Of a stretch of 64,000 nucleotides of DNA, positions 16,474 to 25,416 are shown piece by piece. Where the stretch lies: NCBI GenBank assembly GCA_963814845.1, contig CAWFEP010000001.1:82932-146931 (forward strand). Reading direction: 5' to 3'. The translations under genes were made by a program, and so were the position numbers. The stretch's first letter is position 1; every line of letters starts with the position of its first letter. Source of the DNA: an uncultured Actinomycetota bacterium. Lineage in GTDB: Bacteria; Actinomycetota; Actinomycetes; JAFAQI01. The notes below the pieces were generated by a model. The model searched no databases, had not been told where the DNA came from, and saw only the letters and a program-made list of their open reading frames with translations.

Positions 16474-17751
16474 ATGTGGCGTACTCGGCGTGTAACACCC
16501 GCCACAACGGTGCACTCCTGTCACGATCGCTGGGTGACCGACGTCCTGCAGCACAAGGCGCAGGTTGCTGCTGCTCGGCCCTCGGCACGCAGCGATCCCG
16601 CCGCGTCGGTCTGGATTCGTGGCGCATTCGCGGCGCTGTGGGCCGCCACGGTCGGTATTGCCGGGTTGATCGTGCTCGCCCTCGTTGTCTGGGCGGCTGA
16701 CTCGCAGGTTGGCACGAGTGCTGGCTCGGCGATGCGCCTCGCGGCCCAGCTTTGGCTGCTCGCTCATCGGACACCGCTACGGGTGCCAGCCGGCACGCTG
16801 ACGATTCCGCCGCTCGGACTCACGATCGTGCTGGGCATGCTGCTTGCCCGCGCGAGCTCGATCGTTGCTCGTGGCAGTCGATGCGCCGTGCCGCGCGACC
16901 TAGGCGTGGTCATTGCCTCGGTCACGATTCCGTACGCGGTGATTGCCGCCGTGCTCGCCGCGGCGACCAGATCGGCCAGCATCCGTCCGTCCGCGGGCGC
17001 GGCGTTCGTCTGCGCCGCGTTGATCGGCGGCGGGTTCGTCTCCCTCGGCGCGGCGCGCGGGGCGGGCCTGACGCGCACCGTGTGGCGCTCGCTACCGCTG
17101 GATCTCCGCACGTCGCTGCATGCCGCGGGCGCGGCGGCAGCCGTCCTGGTCGGGATGGCCACCCTGCTCGTGCTCGGATCCTCGTTGGCGCATGTCCATC
17201 ATTTCGCGACGATTGCTTCCGGCTACCGCGGCGGTCCCGGGGTGTTCTCGATGCTGCTGCTGTCGTTATTGCTGGTGCCGAACGCGATCGTCTTCGCGAT
17301 CGGCTATCTCGCCGGCCCAGGCTTCGCGGTGGGTGCTGGCTCGTCCGTCGCGCTCGGCGCGTCCCATCTGGGGGCGACTCCGGCACTGCCGCTGGTGGCC
17401 GCATTGCCGAGCGGCCGGGCACCGCTGCCGGTGCTGGTGTGCTGCGTTCTTGCGGTGTGGGCGGCCGGCACGCTAGCCGGCTGGCGAATCACCCGTCGCT
17501 CGACGTTGCAGCTTCGCGGCCAGGTGAACAGCGCTGTCGTTGCCGGCGCAGCCCTCGGCATCGGCGTGGCGCTTCTGGTCGGCTTCGCCGGCGGTCCTGC
17601 GGGTCCGGGCCGCTTGCGTGCAGTTGGTCCGTCGCCGTGGCAGGTCGGGCTCGCCGTGGCAGGCGAGACCGCCGTCGTCGCGGTCATCGTTGTCCTCGTC
17701 GTCGGCCTGGCCAGCCGCCGCTCCACCCCGACGGTCGTGACGCTGCCCTAA
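16474..17751 (+). CDS. polytopic membrane protein, DUF6350 / PerM-like
   Basis: 425 aa, Ala/Leu/Gly-rich with eight or more predicted TM segments. It occupies the position that I recall PerM (Rv0955) holding in M. tuberculosis, between sucCD and purN-purH. An alternative GTG start lies at 16534. Confidence 0.6.
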   Translation: MWRTRRVTPATTVHSCHDRWVTDVLQHKAQVAAARPSARSDPAASVWIRGAFAALWAATVGIAGLIVLALVVWAADSQVGTSAGSAMRLAAQLWLLAHRTPLRVPAGTLTIPPLGLTIVLGMLLARASSIVARGSRCAVPRDLGVVIASVTIPYAVIAAVLAAATRSASIRPSAGAAFVCAALIGGGFVSLGAARGAGLTRTVWRSLPLDLRTSLHAAGAAAAVLVGMATLLVLGSSLAHVHHFATIASGYRGGPGVFSMLLLSLLLVPNAIVFAIGYLAGPGFAVGAGSSVALGASHLGATPALPLVAALPSGRAPLPVLVCCVLAVWAAGTLAGWRITRRSTLQLRGQVNSAVVAGAALGIGVALLVGFAGGPAGPGRLRAVGPSPWQVGLAVAGETAVVAVIVVLVVGLASRRSTPTVVTLP

Positions 17752-17773
17752 GTCGGTCGAGCGCGACGAGACG

Positions 17774-18436
17774 CTAGACGCGGATGACGACGGTGCTGCA
17801 GACCTTGTCAGCGAAGGTCTGGCGCTTGGCGTCCCACAATGGCCAGAGATAGCCGATGTCGCAGACCAAGCCGTCGAGGAAATGCGCGATCTGGCGGACG
17901 AAGGACATCCCCGGGCCGACCACCTGACCGTCGACCTCTCGGATGAGCTTGATCCCCACCTGTTGCTTACCGACGGTCTGCCCGGTCCTGCCTTGGCGGA
18001 ACACCGCGTTCCAGATCCAGAGCGCGATGCCCCCGATGTAGCCCAGGATCGCGATGAACACCCCGATGCCATGGCCGATCGCCACGCCGATGCCGACGAC
18101 GACCAGGGTGGGCAGGAAGGTGACGAACCAGTCGAGCACTGCCGCTCCGACCCGCTGCAACCAGGACGCGTACGACGCCGCGCTCTGATACTGCCCGGCG
18201 TACGGCGGCTGACCCCACGGCGGCTGGCCGTACGGCGGCTGAGCACCGTAGGGCGGCTGACCGTACGGTGTTCCGCCGAACTGGGGCGCGCCGTACTGCG
18301 GTTGGCCATATCCCGGTGCGCCGAACTGCGGGGGCCCGGGCTGCGACGCACCGGGCGGCGGCGTGAAGTACGGGTCGATCGGAGCCGGCCCGCTCCCGCC
18401 CGGTGGGAGATCAGCCGGGTCCTCAGGTGTTGTCAC
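17774..18436 (-). CDS. RDD family membrane protein with Pro/Gly/Tyr/Gln-rich N-terminal tail
   Basis: From the GTG at 18436: [14 protein letters not shown]...[45 protein letters not shown] segments follow, then [21 protein letters not shown] and [17 protein letters not shown] (RDD domain). The track ORF extends to 18799 over the upstream gene. Confidence 0.8.
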   Translation of the reverse strand: MTTPEDPADLPPGGSGPAPIDPYFTPPPGASQPGPPQFGAPGYGQPQYGAPQFGGTPYGQPPYGAQPPYGQPPWGQPPYAGQYQSAASYASWLQRVGAAVLDWFVTFLPTLVVVGIGVAIGHGIGVFIAILGYIGGIALWIWNAVFRQGRTGQTVGKQQVGIKLIREVDGQVVGPGMSFVRQIAHFLDGLVCDIGYLWPLWDAKRQTFADKVCSTVVIRV

Positions 18437-18438
18437 GG

Positions 18439-19023
18439 TCAGACCTTGATGACAATGGTTCCCATGACCTTGTCGGCGAACGTCTGCCGCTTGGCGTCCC
18501 AGAGTGGCCAGAACCAGCCGAGGAAACAGGCGAGGGTGTCCAGGAAGTGAGCGATCTCCCGCACGATCCCTAGACCGCCGCCGATGAGCTGACCGTCCTG
18601 CTCGCGGACCAGCTTGATGCCGATCACGCGCTTGCCCGGGGTCTGCCCTTGGGCACCGTTGAGATAGCCGAGCCCGAGGGCCAAGATGAACGCCACGATG
18701 TCGTAAACCACGCGGCTGCTCGTGATGACGCCGAGCAGCACCGACGGCACTGCGACGATCACCAAGTCGATGAGATAGCCACCCACGCGGTAGATCCACG
18801 GGGCGAGCTCGGCGCCGCCGTAAGGCGGGCCGCCGTAGGGCGCCTCCTGATATCCGCCGTACGCCGGTGGTTGCGAGCCGTAGGCGGGTGGTGGCGGGGC
18901 GCCGTACTGCGGTGCGCCGTACGCGGGTGGCTGCGCACCGTATGCAGGCGGGGTTGCCGGTGGCGGCGGTGGTGTGGGGTCTGCGGGCGGCTGGTTCGGG
19001 TCTTCCGGTGTGGTCATCGTCAT
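18439..19023 (-). CDS. RDD family membrane protein, tandem paralog
   Basis: 194 aa. [41 protein letters not shown]..., then [17 protein letters not shown] and [16 protein letters not shown]. Its stop is 2 nt from the next gene's start. Confidence 0.85.
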   Translation of the reverse strand: MTMTTPEDPNQPPADPTPPPPPATPPAYGAQPPAYGAPQYGAPPPPAYGSQPPAYGGYQEAPYGGPPYGGAELAPWIYRVGGYLIDLVIVAVPSVLLGVITSSRVVYDIVAFILALGLGYLNGAQGQTPGKRVIGIKLVREQDGQLIGGGLGIVREIAHFLDTLACFLGWFWPLWDAKRQTFADKVMGTIVIKV

Positions 19024-19116
19024 GCCCTTCCGGTGGGTGATGCGGACAGCCTCAGTGCGGACAATAGGTGGCGGGGACGCTGCCTGCCGGTATTGCGCTC
19101 GCAGTGATCTCGGCCC

Positions 19117-19644
19117 CTAACCGCTCGAACCTGAGTGGATCACGGCGACTCCGCTCGCGAACAAGATGATGCCGAGCACGATCGAAGCGACGGAAATCAC
19201 GATTCCTGCCGTTGCCAGACCGTTCCCCTGCTGACCGGTCTGCTTGATCTGCGACTTCGCAACGAACCCGAAGATGATGCCCAGCGGGGAGCACAGGAAG
19301 GCGCAGATGAACGACGCGATCGCAAAGCCGTTGGTGCTGGTCGGCGCTGAGTAGCCGTACTGAGGCTGCCCGTACTGGGGCTGCCCGTACTGCGGCGGCG
19401 CGCCATAGGGCGGCGGCTGGCCGTACTGGGGTTGGCCGTACTGCGGTGGTGCGCCATAGGGCGGCGGCTGGCCGTACTGGGGTTGGCCGTACTGCGGTGG
19501 TGCGCCATAGGGCGGTGGGGCGCCGTACGCCGGCGGGGTTGGTTGGCCGTAGTAGCCGGGCGGCTGCGTGGCGTCGGGAGGTGGCGGCGGCGTCGCTGCG
19601 GGTTCCCCGGGGTCTGGTGCGCCAGGCTCCTGCGGAGTGCTCAC
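19117..19644 (-). CDS. DUF4190 domain membrane protein with ([17 protein letters not shown])n repeats
   Basis: The C-terminal part, [59 protein letters not shown], is the DUF4190 pattern. I prefer the GTG at 19644 ([10 protein letters not shown]...) because GGAGG lies 5 nt upstream. The ATG at 19656 is the alternative. Confidence 0.8.
   Translation of the reverse strand: MSTPQEPGAPDPGEPAATPPPPPDATQPPGYYGQPTPPAYGAPPPYGAPPQYGQPQYGQPPPYGAPPQYGQPQYGQPPPYGAPPQYGQPQYGQPQYGYSAPTSTNGFAIASFICAFLCSPLGIIFGFVAKSQIKQTGQQGNGLATAGIVISVASIVLGIILFASGVAVIHSGSSG
19366..19518. repeat. 51-bp in-frame tandem repeat x3 inside the DUF4190 gene
   Basis: Units lie at 19366-19416, 19417-19467 and 19468-19518. The last two are nearly identical (ctggccgtactggggttggccgtactgcggtggtgcgccatagggcggYgg). 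Each encodes [17 protein letters not shown] on the minus strand. Confidence 0.9.
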
Positions 19645-19673
19645 GTTTGCCTCCATGTCGGGCGATGGTCGGG

Positions 19674-20108
19674 TTAGAACGAGATGATCCCGAACCGCAC
19701 AAGTTGCCAGATTTCCGAGGCGATCAGCACGGTGCCGATGACGATCCATCGGTTTCGCCTCGACTGCCACCACCGCGGCGGTCGAATCGCGTCGAGCAGC
19801 GGCCAGGTCGCGAGCAGCCCAACCGCGAGTGGTGATGCCGCCAGCGCGCCTTTCAGGTTTCCGTGTCCGAGCCGAACCGCGGCGGTGGTGCCACCGCAGA
19901 ACGGGCAGGGCAGCCCGGTGAGCTCGCGGAACAGGCAGAGCGTCGCGGGTCGGTGCCGGATGTGCAGCGCCCCGAGCACGATGGCGACCAGAGCCACCGC
20001 GGCATACCGTTTGAGCACGGTTGTCGGACCTACCAGCGGCCGCACCACCGGTGCCGGCGGCTGGTACGCCGCTGGCACTGCGCGCGGTGCGGTGATCTGA
20101 ATGGTCAC
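19674..20108 (-). CDS. DUF2752 domain membrane protein
   Basis: 144 aa. [19 protein letters not shown] carries the CPxCGxT motif characteristic of DUF2752, flanked by hydrophobic segments. It is the first gene of the minus-strand four-gene cluster. Confidence 0.8.
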   Translation of the reverse strand: MTIQITAPRAVPAAYQPPAPVVRPLVGPTTVLKRYAAVALVAIVLGALHIRHRPATLCLFRELTGLPCPFCGGTTAAVRLGHGNLKGALAASPLAVGLLATWPLLDAIRPPRWWQSRRNRWIVIGTVLIASEIWQLVRFGIISF

Positions 20109-20263
20109 GCGGGCAGCATGGCAGAAGCCGTCGGTCGTGGGCGGTATCCTGGCCGTACTTCCCCGAGTTCACCCTTGCGCCCGACACCACCCAATCTGCC
20201 CAATCTGCCCGAAGCCCGCTGAGTCCCTGGGGAGTCATCCTGTCCGCGCGGCTCGTCGTTCTC

Positions 20264-20839
20264 GTGTCGGGCTCCGGCACCAACCTCGCGGCGCTGCTCG
20301 AGGCGGCGCAAGACCCGGCGTACGGCGCCACGGTCGTCGCGGTTGGCGCTGACCGTGACGGGATTGAAGGGCTGGCCCGCGCCGAACGTGCCGGGGTGCC
20401 GACGTTCGTGGTGAAGCTGGGCGACTATCCCGCCCGCGATGACTGGGACGCCGCGCTCACGGCGGCCGTGGCTGCGTACGAGCCCACCCTGGTGGTCGCG
20501 GCTGGGTTCATGAAGATCCTCGGCAAGCGGTTCGTCGAGGCGTTCACGACGCTCAACACCCATCCCGCGCTCCTGCCGTCGTTCCCCGGCGCCCACGCGG
20601 TCAGGGACGCACTCGCCTACGGCGTGAAGGTCACCGGCGCGACTGTCCACATCGTCGACGACGGCGTCGACACCGGCCCGGTGGTCGCGCAGGTGGCTGT
20701 TGCGGTCGCTGACGACGATGACGAGGAGTCCTTGCACCTGCGCATCAAGACCGCCGAGCGCGACATGCTGGTCGACGTCGTACGCCGATGGGCGAGGGGT
20801 CACTTTTATTACGGACGGAAGGTCACGATCAACAGATGA
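20264..20839 (+). CDS. purN: phosphoribosylglycinamide formyltransferase
   Basis: [37 protein letters not shown] and [18 protein letters not shown]. The first ATG/GTG/TTG in the frame is the GTG at 20264. The in-frame upstream codons already encode the conserved first strand RLVVLV (see finding). Confidence 0.9.
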   Translation: MSGSGTNLAALLEAAQDPAYGATVVAVGADRDGIEGLARAERAGVPTFVVKLGDYPARDDWDAALTAAVAAYEPTLVVAAGFMKILGKRFVEAFTTLNTHPALLPSFPGAHAVRDALAYGVKVTGATVHIVDDGVDTGPVVAQVAVAVADDDDEESLHLRIKTAERDMLVDVVRRWARGHFYYGRKVTINR

Positions 20840-22391
20840 GCAGACGACCCATCAAGCGGGCCCTGGTCAGTGTGTACGACAAGAGCGGCCTCGAGGAGCT
20901 AGGGCAGGCGCTGTCCGACGCTGGCGTCGACGATAGTGTCGACCGGATCGACGGCTGCCCGCTTGCGCGACGCCGGCATTGCCGTGACAGCAGTCGAGGA
21001 GCTCACCGGCTTCCCCGAGTGCCTCGACGGGCGGGTCAAGACCCTTCACCCGAAGGTGCATGCCGGGATTCTCGCCGATCTCCGCAAGCCCGATCATGCC
21101 GCACAGCTGGAAGAGCTCGGCGTTGCGCCCTTCGACCTCGTTGTCGTCAACCTCTACCCGTTCCGGGACACCGTCGCTTCCGGCGCATCGCCGGATGAAT
21201 GCGTCGAGCAGATCGACATCGGCGGGCCGTCGATGGTTCGGGCCGCGGCTAAGAACCACCCGTCGGTCGCGGTCGTTGTCGAGCCGTCCGCATATCCCGA
21301 GGTCGATTGCCGCACTCGGCGCCGGCGGATTCACGCTAGCTGAGCGGCAGCGGCTGGCCGCGCGGGCCTTTGCCCACACCGCGTCCTACGACGTTGCGGT
21401 GGCCTCCTGGATGGGCAACGTGCTCGCGCCGAGCGACGACGGTTCCGGCTTCCCGGAGTGGACCGGCGCGACCTGGGAGCGCGCCGCAGTGCTGCGGTAC
21501 GGCGAGAACCCGCACCAGCGGGCGGCTCTCTATCGGCACTGGCGCGGCGGCCTTGCGGCAGCTGAGCAGCTGCATGGGCCGGAGCTGTCGTACAACAACT
21601 ACACCGACACCGACGCCGCGCGCCGCGCTGCGTACGACTTCAGCGACCCGTGCGTCGCGATCATCAAGCACGCCAACCCGTGCGGGATCGCGGTTGGCGC
21701 CGACATCGCCGAGGCGCATCGGCTCGCACACGAGTGCGACCCGTTGTCTGCGTACGGCGGCGTGATCGCGGCCAACCGCACCGTGACCAAAGCGCTCGCC
21801 GAGCAGCTCGCCGGCGTGTTGACGGAGGTCATCTGCGCGCCGGATTACGACGACGACGCGCTCGAGGTATTCAGGGCCAAGGCCAAGCTTCGCGTCCTGC
21901 GCTGCCCAGCCGACGAGCACCCCGACCTAGTGGAGTTCAAGGCGATCAGCGGTGGCGTACTCATGCAGACCGTCGATCGGCTTGACGCTGCGGGTGACGA
22001 CCCGGCGTCCTGGACGTTGCAGGCCGGCGAGCCGGCCGACGCCGAGACCCTTGCGGACCTGTCGTTTGCCTGGCGTGCCTGCCGGGCGGTCAAGTCGAAC
22101 GCCATCGTGCTTGCGAGCGGCGGCGCGACCGTCGGGGTCGGGATGGGTCAGGTCAACCGGGTCGATTCGGCCCGCCTCGCGGTGTCACGCGCGGGCGACC
22201 GCGCGAAAGGCTCCGTCGGCGCCAGCGATGCGTTCTTCCCGTTCCCGGACGGGCTGCAGGTGCTGATCGACGGCGGGGTGCGCGCCGTCGTCGAGCCGGG
22301 CGGATCGGTGCGCGACGAGCTGGCGATCGAGGCGGCGAACGCGGCCGGCGTCACGCTCTACTTCACCGGCACCAGGCATTTCTTCCACTAG
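20836..22391 (+). pseudogene. purH: bifunctional AICAR transformylase / IMP cyclohydrolase PurH, reading frame interrupted twice
   Basis: Three consecutive frames carry collinear PurH sequence:
- [32 protein letters not shown], to about 20931
- [48 protein letters not shown]...[17 protein letters not shown], to about 21304
- [29 protein letters not shown]...KHANPCG...TGTRHFFH, to 22391
Each junction needs one base skipped, near 20932 and 21305. The span length is 3n+2. Confidence 0.9.
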
Positions 22392-22398
22392 TTACGAG

Positions 22399-22444
22399 GT
22401 TGTCAGCACTCCCCGCCGCTCTGGCGACGTGAGCTGCTGACAAC
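22399..22444 (+). terminator. hairpin (10-bp perfect stem, 26-nt loop) between purH and folD
   Basis: gttgtcagca (22399-22408) is complementary to tgctgacaac (22435-22444). There is no T-tract, so its role as terminator or folD leader structure is uncertain. Confidence 0.35.
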
Positions 22445-22463
22445 TCGCGAAGGAGGGCGAGCG

Positions 22464-23330
22464 ATGACAGCACGGATGCTTCCGGGCGGCCCGGTGGCAG
22501 AGGCCGTCCTCGCCGAGCTCAAACCGCGGATCGCAGCGCTGGTCGCCGCCGGTCATACGCCCGGGCTGGGCACGATCTTGGTCGGCGATGATCCGGCCAG
22601 CGCGGGCTACATCAGGGTCAAGCAGGAAAAGGCCGCGGAGCTCGGGCTGAACTCGCCGCACCTTCACCTGCCGGAGACCACCACGCAGGCGGAGCTCATC
22701 GGTGCGATCCGGGCGTTCAACGATGACGTCTCGGTTGACGCGATGCTCGTGCAGCATCCGACGCCGCCCCAGATCGACTTCGACGGGGCGCTGATCGAGA
22801 TGGACCCGGACAAGGACGTGGACGGTCTGCACCCGACCAACATGGGCCGCCTCGCGCTCGGGATGCGGGGGCCGGTGCCGTGCACTCCGGCCGGCATTGA
22901 GGCGTTGCTCGCCTATTACGAGATCCCCGTGTCCGGTCGCTCGGTCTGCATCCTCGGCCGGGGCACCACGTTGGGTCGGCCACTGTCGTTGCTGTTGACG
23001 CAGAAGCGCCCGACCGCCAACGCCGCGGTGACCGTCGTGCACACCGGCGTGCCCAACTGGCCGGACTACACCCGAGCGGCTGAGATCGTGATCGCGGCCG
23101 CCGGCGTGCCCGGGATCCTGCAGCCCGAGCACATCACCCCAGGCGCGGTCGTCGTCGGCGGCGGCGTGCGCTACGAAGGCCGCCGGCTGCTCCCTGATGT
23201 CGACGAGGCGTGCGAGGCAGTTGCCGGCGCGATCACGCCGCGGCTCGGTGGCGTCGGCCCGACGACGGTCGCCATGCTGTTCCGTAACTGCGTCGAAGCC
23301 GCTGAAGCCCGCCACACACGCGGTTCGTGA
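22464..23330 (+). CDS. folD: bifunctional methylenetetrahydrofolate dehydrogenase / methenyltetrahydrofolate cyclohydrolase
   Basis: 288 aa with PGLGTILVGDDPASAGYIRVKQ, DKDVDGLHPTNMGRL, PCTPAGI, ILGRGTTLGRPL and GGVGPTTVAML. Confidence 0.95.
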   Translation: MTARMLPGGPVAEAVLAELKPRIAALVAAGHTPGLGTILVGDDPASAGYIRVKQEKAAELGLNSPHLHLPETTTQAELIGAIRAFNDDVSVDAMLVQHPTPPQIDFDGALIEMDPDKDVDGLHPTNMGRLALGMRGPVPCTPAGIEALLAYYEIPVSGRSVCILGRGTTLGRPLSLLLTQKRPTANAAVTVVHTGVPNWPDYTRAAEIVIAAAGVPGILQPEHITPGAVVVGGGVRYEGRRLLPDVDEACEAVAGAITPRLGGVGPTTVAMLFRNCVEAAEARHTRGS

Positions 23331-23366
23331 ACTGCTGCGTACCGTCCGCGGTACGTAGGAGTTCAC
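23327..23366 (+). terminator. 40-nt compound palindromic element overlapping the folD stop codon (copy 1 of 2)
   Basis: GTGAACT-gctg-CGTACCG-tccg-CGGTACG-tagg-AGTTCAC has two perfect 7-bp stems. The folD TGA lies at 23328-23330, inside the first arm. It is about 33/40 identical to the element at 36305-36344 read on the opposite strand. Confidence 0.5.
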
Positions 23367-23394
23367 ACACCCAGGTCACTAGGATCGGCTCGCG

Positions 23395-23808
23395 ATGAAC
23401 GATCTGTCACCGACCCTCGATCCGGTCGAGCTTGCCGTGGTGCGCTTGCCGGCCGGTTGGCAGCCACCGGCGAGCCCGGCCGGGCAGTTCACCGCGGTCG
23501 TGTCGAGCGAGCTCGAGGTCACGGTCGTCTGCGCTCAGTCACTCCTCGACGATGCCGCGTGGTCGGGCGCTGCGCTCGAGGTCGACGTCGGCTGGCGACG
23601 GATCACCTTCCCGGGACCGTTGCCGTGGGAGCTGGTCGGCTTCTTGGCCGACGTCGCCGGACGCCTGGCTGGAGCGCAGATCCCGTTCACGTCGATCTCC
23701 GGCTTCACCACCGACCATGTGCTCGTCCGGGCCGCACAGGCCGATCTCGCGGTGGTCGTGCTCTCCGGTGAGGAGCCTCCGCCGCAACGTCCGGGCACCA
23801 ACCCATGA
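23395..23808 (+). CDS. ACT domain-containing protein (small ligand-binding protein)
   Basis: 137 aa. LAVVRLPAG...FTAVV.S..EVTVVC, then WRRITFPGPLPWELVGFLADVAGRLAGAQIPFTSISGFTTDHVLV. This is the pattern of ACT_7-type stand-alone proteins. Confidence 0.6.
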   Translation: MNDLSPTLDPVELAVVRLPAGWQPPASPAGQFTAVVSSELEVTVVCAQSLLDDAAWSGAALEVDVGWRRITFPGPLPWELVGFLADVAGRLAGAQIPFTSISGFTTDHVLVRAAQADLAVVVLSGEEPPPQRPGTNP

Positions 23809-23929
23809 GCGCCGGCAGCTCGGCGACCCCGACCGCGCCCCCGACCCGGACCCTGATCGCGCCCCCGACCCCGACTGCGGCTCGAGCTCGGATCCAGACG
23901 CCGCTGCTGCCGCCCCGGATGCGCAACCG

Positions 23930-24220
23930 GTGGGCACGTCCTCGCCGCCTCGCTCGCGGCCGCGCGACCCGCTCGCCTTCGTCGTCGCCACCGCCGCGAT
24001 CGGCGTGCTGATCGCGGCGCTGCACCACCCGCGTACCGGGATGTTTGTCGTCTGTGGCGCACTCGCGGCTGGTGGGTTGCTTCGACTGCTGCTGAGCCCG
24101 CGCAACGCCGGTCTGCTCGTCGTGCGCAAGCGGCGGGTCGATGTCGTCGTGCTTCTTGGTCTCGCTCTCGCACTCGGAGTGCTCGCGGCGGTCACGCCAT
24201 TCCCGGCTGGGCAGGGCTAA
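23930..24220 (+). CDS. DUF3017-like small membrane protein (start uncertain)
   Basis: The C-terminal 80 aa (PLAFVVATAAIGVLIAALHHPRTGMFVVCGALAAGGLLRLLLSPRNAGLLVVRKRRVDVVVLLGLALALGVLAAV) have the two-TM layout of DUF3017. The first start codon in this frame after 23808 is the GTG at 23930. An ATGA-coupled ATG at 23805 lies in another frame, so an additional frameshift is possible. Confidence 0.5.
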   Translation: MGTSSPPRSRPRDPLAFVVATAAIGVLIAALHHPRTGMFVVCGALAAGGLLRLLLSPRNAGLLVVRKRRVDVVVLLGLALALGVLAAVTPFPAGQG

Positions 24221-24309
24221 CGAGCCAGGCTGCCCGCCAGGCTTGCCCACTCGCTGCACTAATCTGCGTCGCGAGGCCGAACGACGGCCAACAGAGTCCA
24301 GGAGCGTGC

Positions 24310-25416
24310 ATGACCACCCACAAGGTGACCCTGATCCCCGGGGACGGAACCGGTCCCGAGCTCACCGAGGCGACCCGCCGGGTGCTCGAAGCCGCAGCCG
24401 CGACCGGTGGTTCGACCTTCGAATGGGATCAGCAAGAGGCCGGCGTCGACATCATGGAGACCGAGGGCACGCCGCTGCCCGAGGCCACGTTGGAGTCGGT
24501 GCGCCGTACCGGGCTGGCCTTGAAGGGCCCGATCACGACGCCGATCGGCACCGGCTTCCGCTCGGTCAACGTGGCGCTGCGCTACGAGCTCGACCTTTAC
24601 GCCTGCGTGCGGCCCTGCAAGACCTATGCCGGTGTGCGGACACGGTTCGAGAACGTCGACGTGGTGATCGTCCGGGAGAACACTGAGGACCTCTACGCCG
24701 GCATCGAGTACGAAGCGAACACTCCCGCGGCGAAGAAGGTCATCGACTTTCTCAACGGCATGCAGGACAAGCAGATCCGCGAGGGCTCGGGCATTTCGAT
24801 CAAGCCAATGAGCGAGTTCGGCTCGGCGCGGATCATCCGCTACGCCTTCGAGTACGCCCGCAACAATGGCCGCAAGCGAGTCCATTGCGTGACGAAGTCC
24901 AACATCATGAAATTCACCGATGGCTTGTTCCTGGCGGTCTTCCGCGAGATCGCCAAGGAATACCCCGACATCGAGCCGTGGGAAAACCTGGTCGACGCGA
25001 CCTGCATGGGCCTGATCCAGCGCCCGGAGGAGTGGGACGTTCTCGTCCTGCCCAACCTGTACGGCGACATCCTGTCCGACCTGACCGCCGGCATGGTCGG
25101 CGGCCTCGGCGTGGCGCCCGGTGGCAACATCGGCACCAAGGCGGCGGTCTTCGAGGCGACGCACGGATCGGCGCCGAAGTACAAGGGCCAGAACAAGGTC
25201 AACCCGACCGCGATGATTTTGTCCGGCGAGATGATGCTGCGTCACATCGGCGAGACGCTGGCTGCCGACAATCTGGAGCGCGCGGTGTCCGAGACCATCG
25301 CGGAAGGCGAGAGCGTGACCTACGACCTCAAGCCCAGCCGCGACGACCCGACGGCTGTCGGCACGAGCGAGTACGCCGACGCCATCATCGCCAAGCTCGA
25401 AGGGATGAAGTCGTAG
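24310..25416 (+). CDS. isocitrate/isopropylmalate dehydrogenase family enzyme, most likely NAD-dependent isocitrate dehydrogenase
   Basis: 368 aa with VTLIPGDGTGPE, KGPITTPIGTGFRSVNVALR, VIVRENTEDLYAG, NLYGDILSDL and FEATHGSAPKYKG. It sits directly upstream of mdh. Confidence 0.85.
   Translation: MTTHKVTLIPGDGTGPELTEATRRVLEAAAATGGSTFEWDQQEAGVDIMETEGTPLPEATLESVRRTGLALKGPITTPIGTGFRSVNVALRYELDLYACVRPCKTYAGVRTRFENVDVVIVRENTEDLYAGIEYEANTPAAKKVIDFLNGMQDKQIREGSGISIKPMSEFGSARIIRYAFEYARNNGRKRVHCVTKSNIMKFTDGLFLAVFREIAKEYPDIEPWENLVDATCMGLIQRPEEWDVLVLPNLYGDILSDLTAGMVGGLGVAPGGNIGTKAAVFEATHGSAPKYKGQNKVNPTAMILSGEMMLRHIGETLAADNLERAVSETIAEGESVTYDLKPSRDDPTAVGTSEYADAIIAKLEGMKS

Noticed and set aside
20191-20210. 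9-bp unit ccaatctgc repeated twice in the purN / DUF2752 divergent region
   Set aside because: There are only two copies of a short unit. It could be slippage noise, with no supporting structure or motif.
20836-22391. Programmed +1 ribosomal frameshifting as an explanation for the split purH and the other split genes
   Set aside because: The shift sites share no slippery or stall motif. They occur in unrelated housekeeping genes at non-conserved positions, and up to seven occur in one gene. Indels (error or decay) are the parsimonious explanation.
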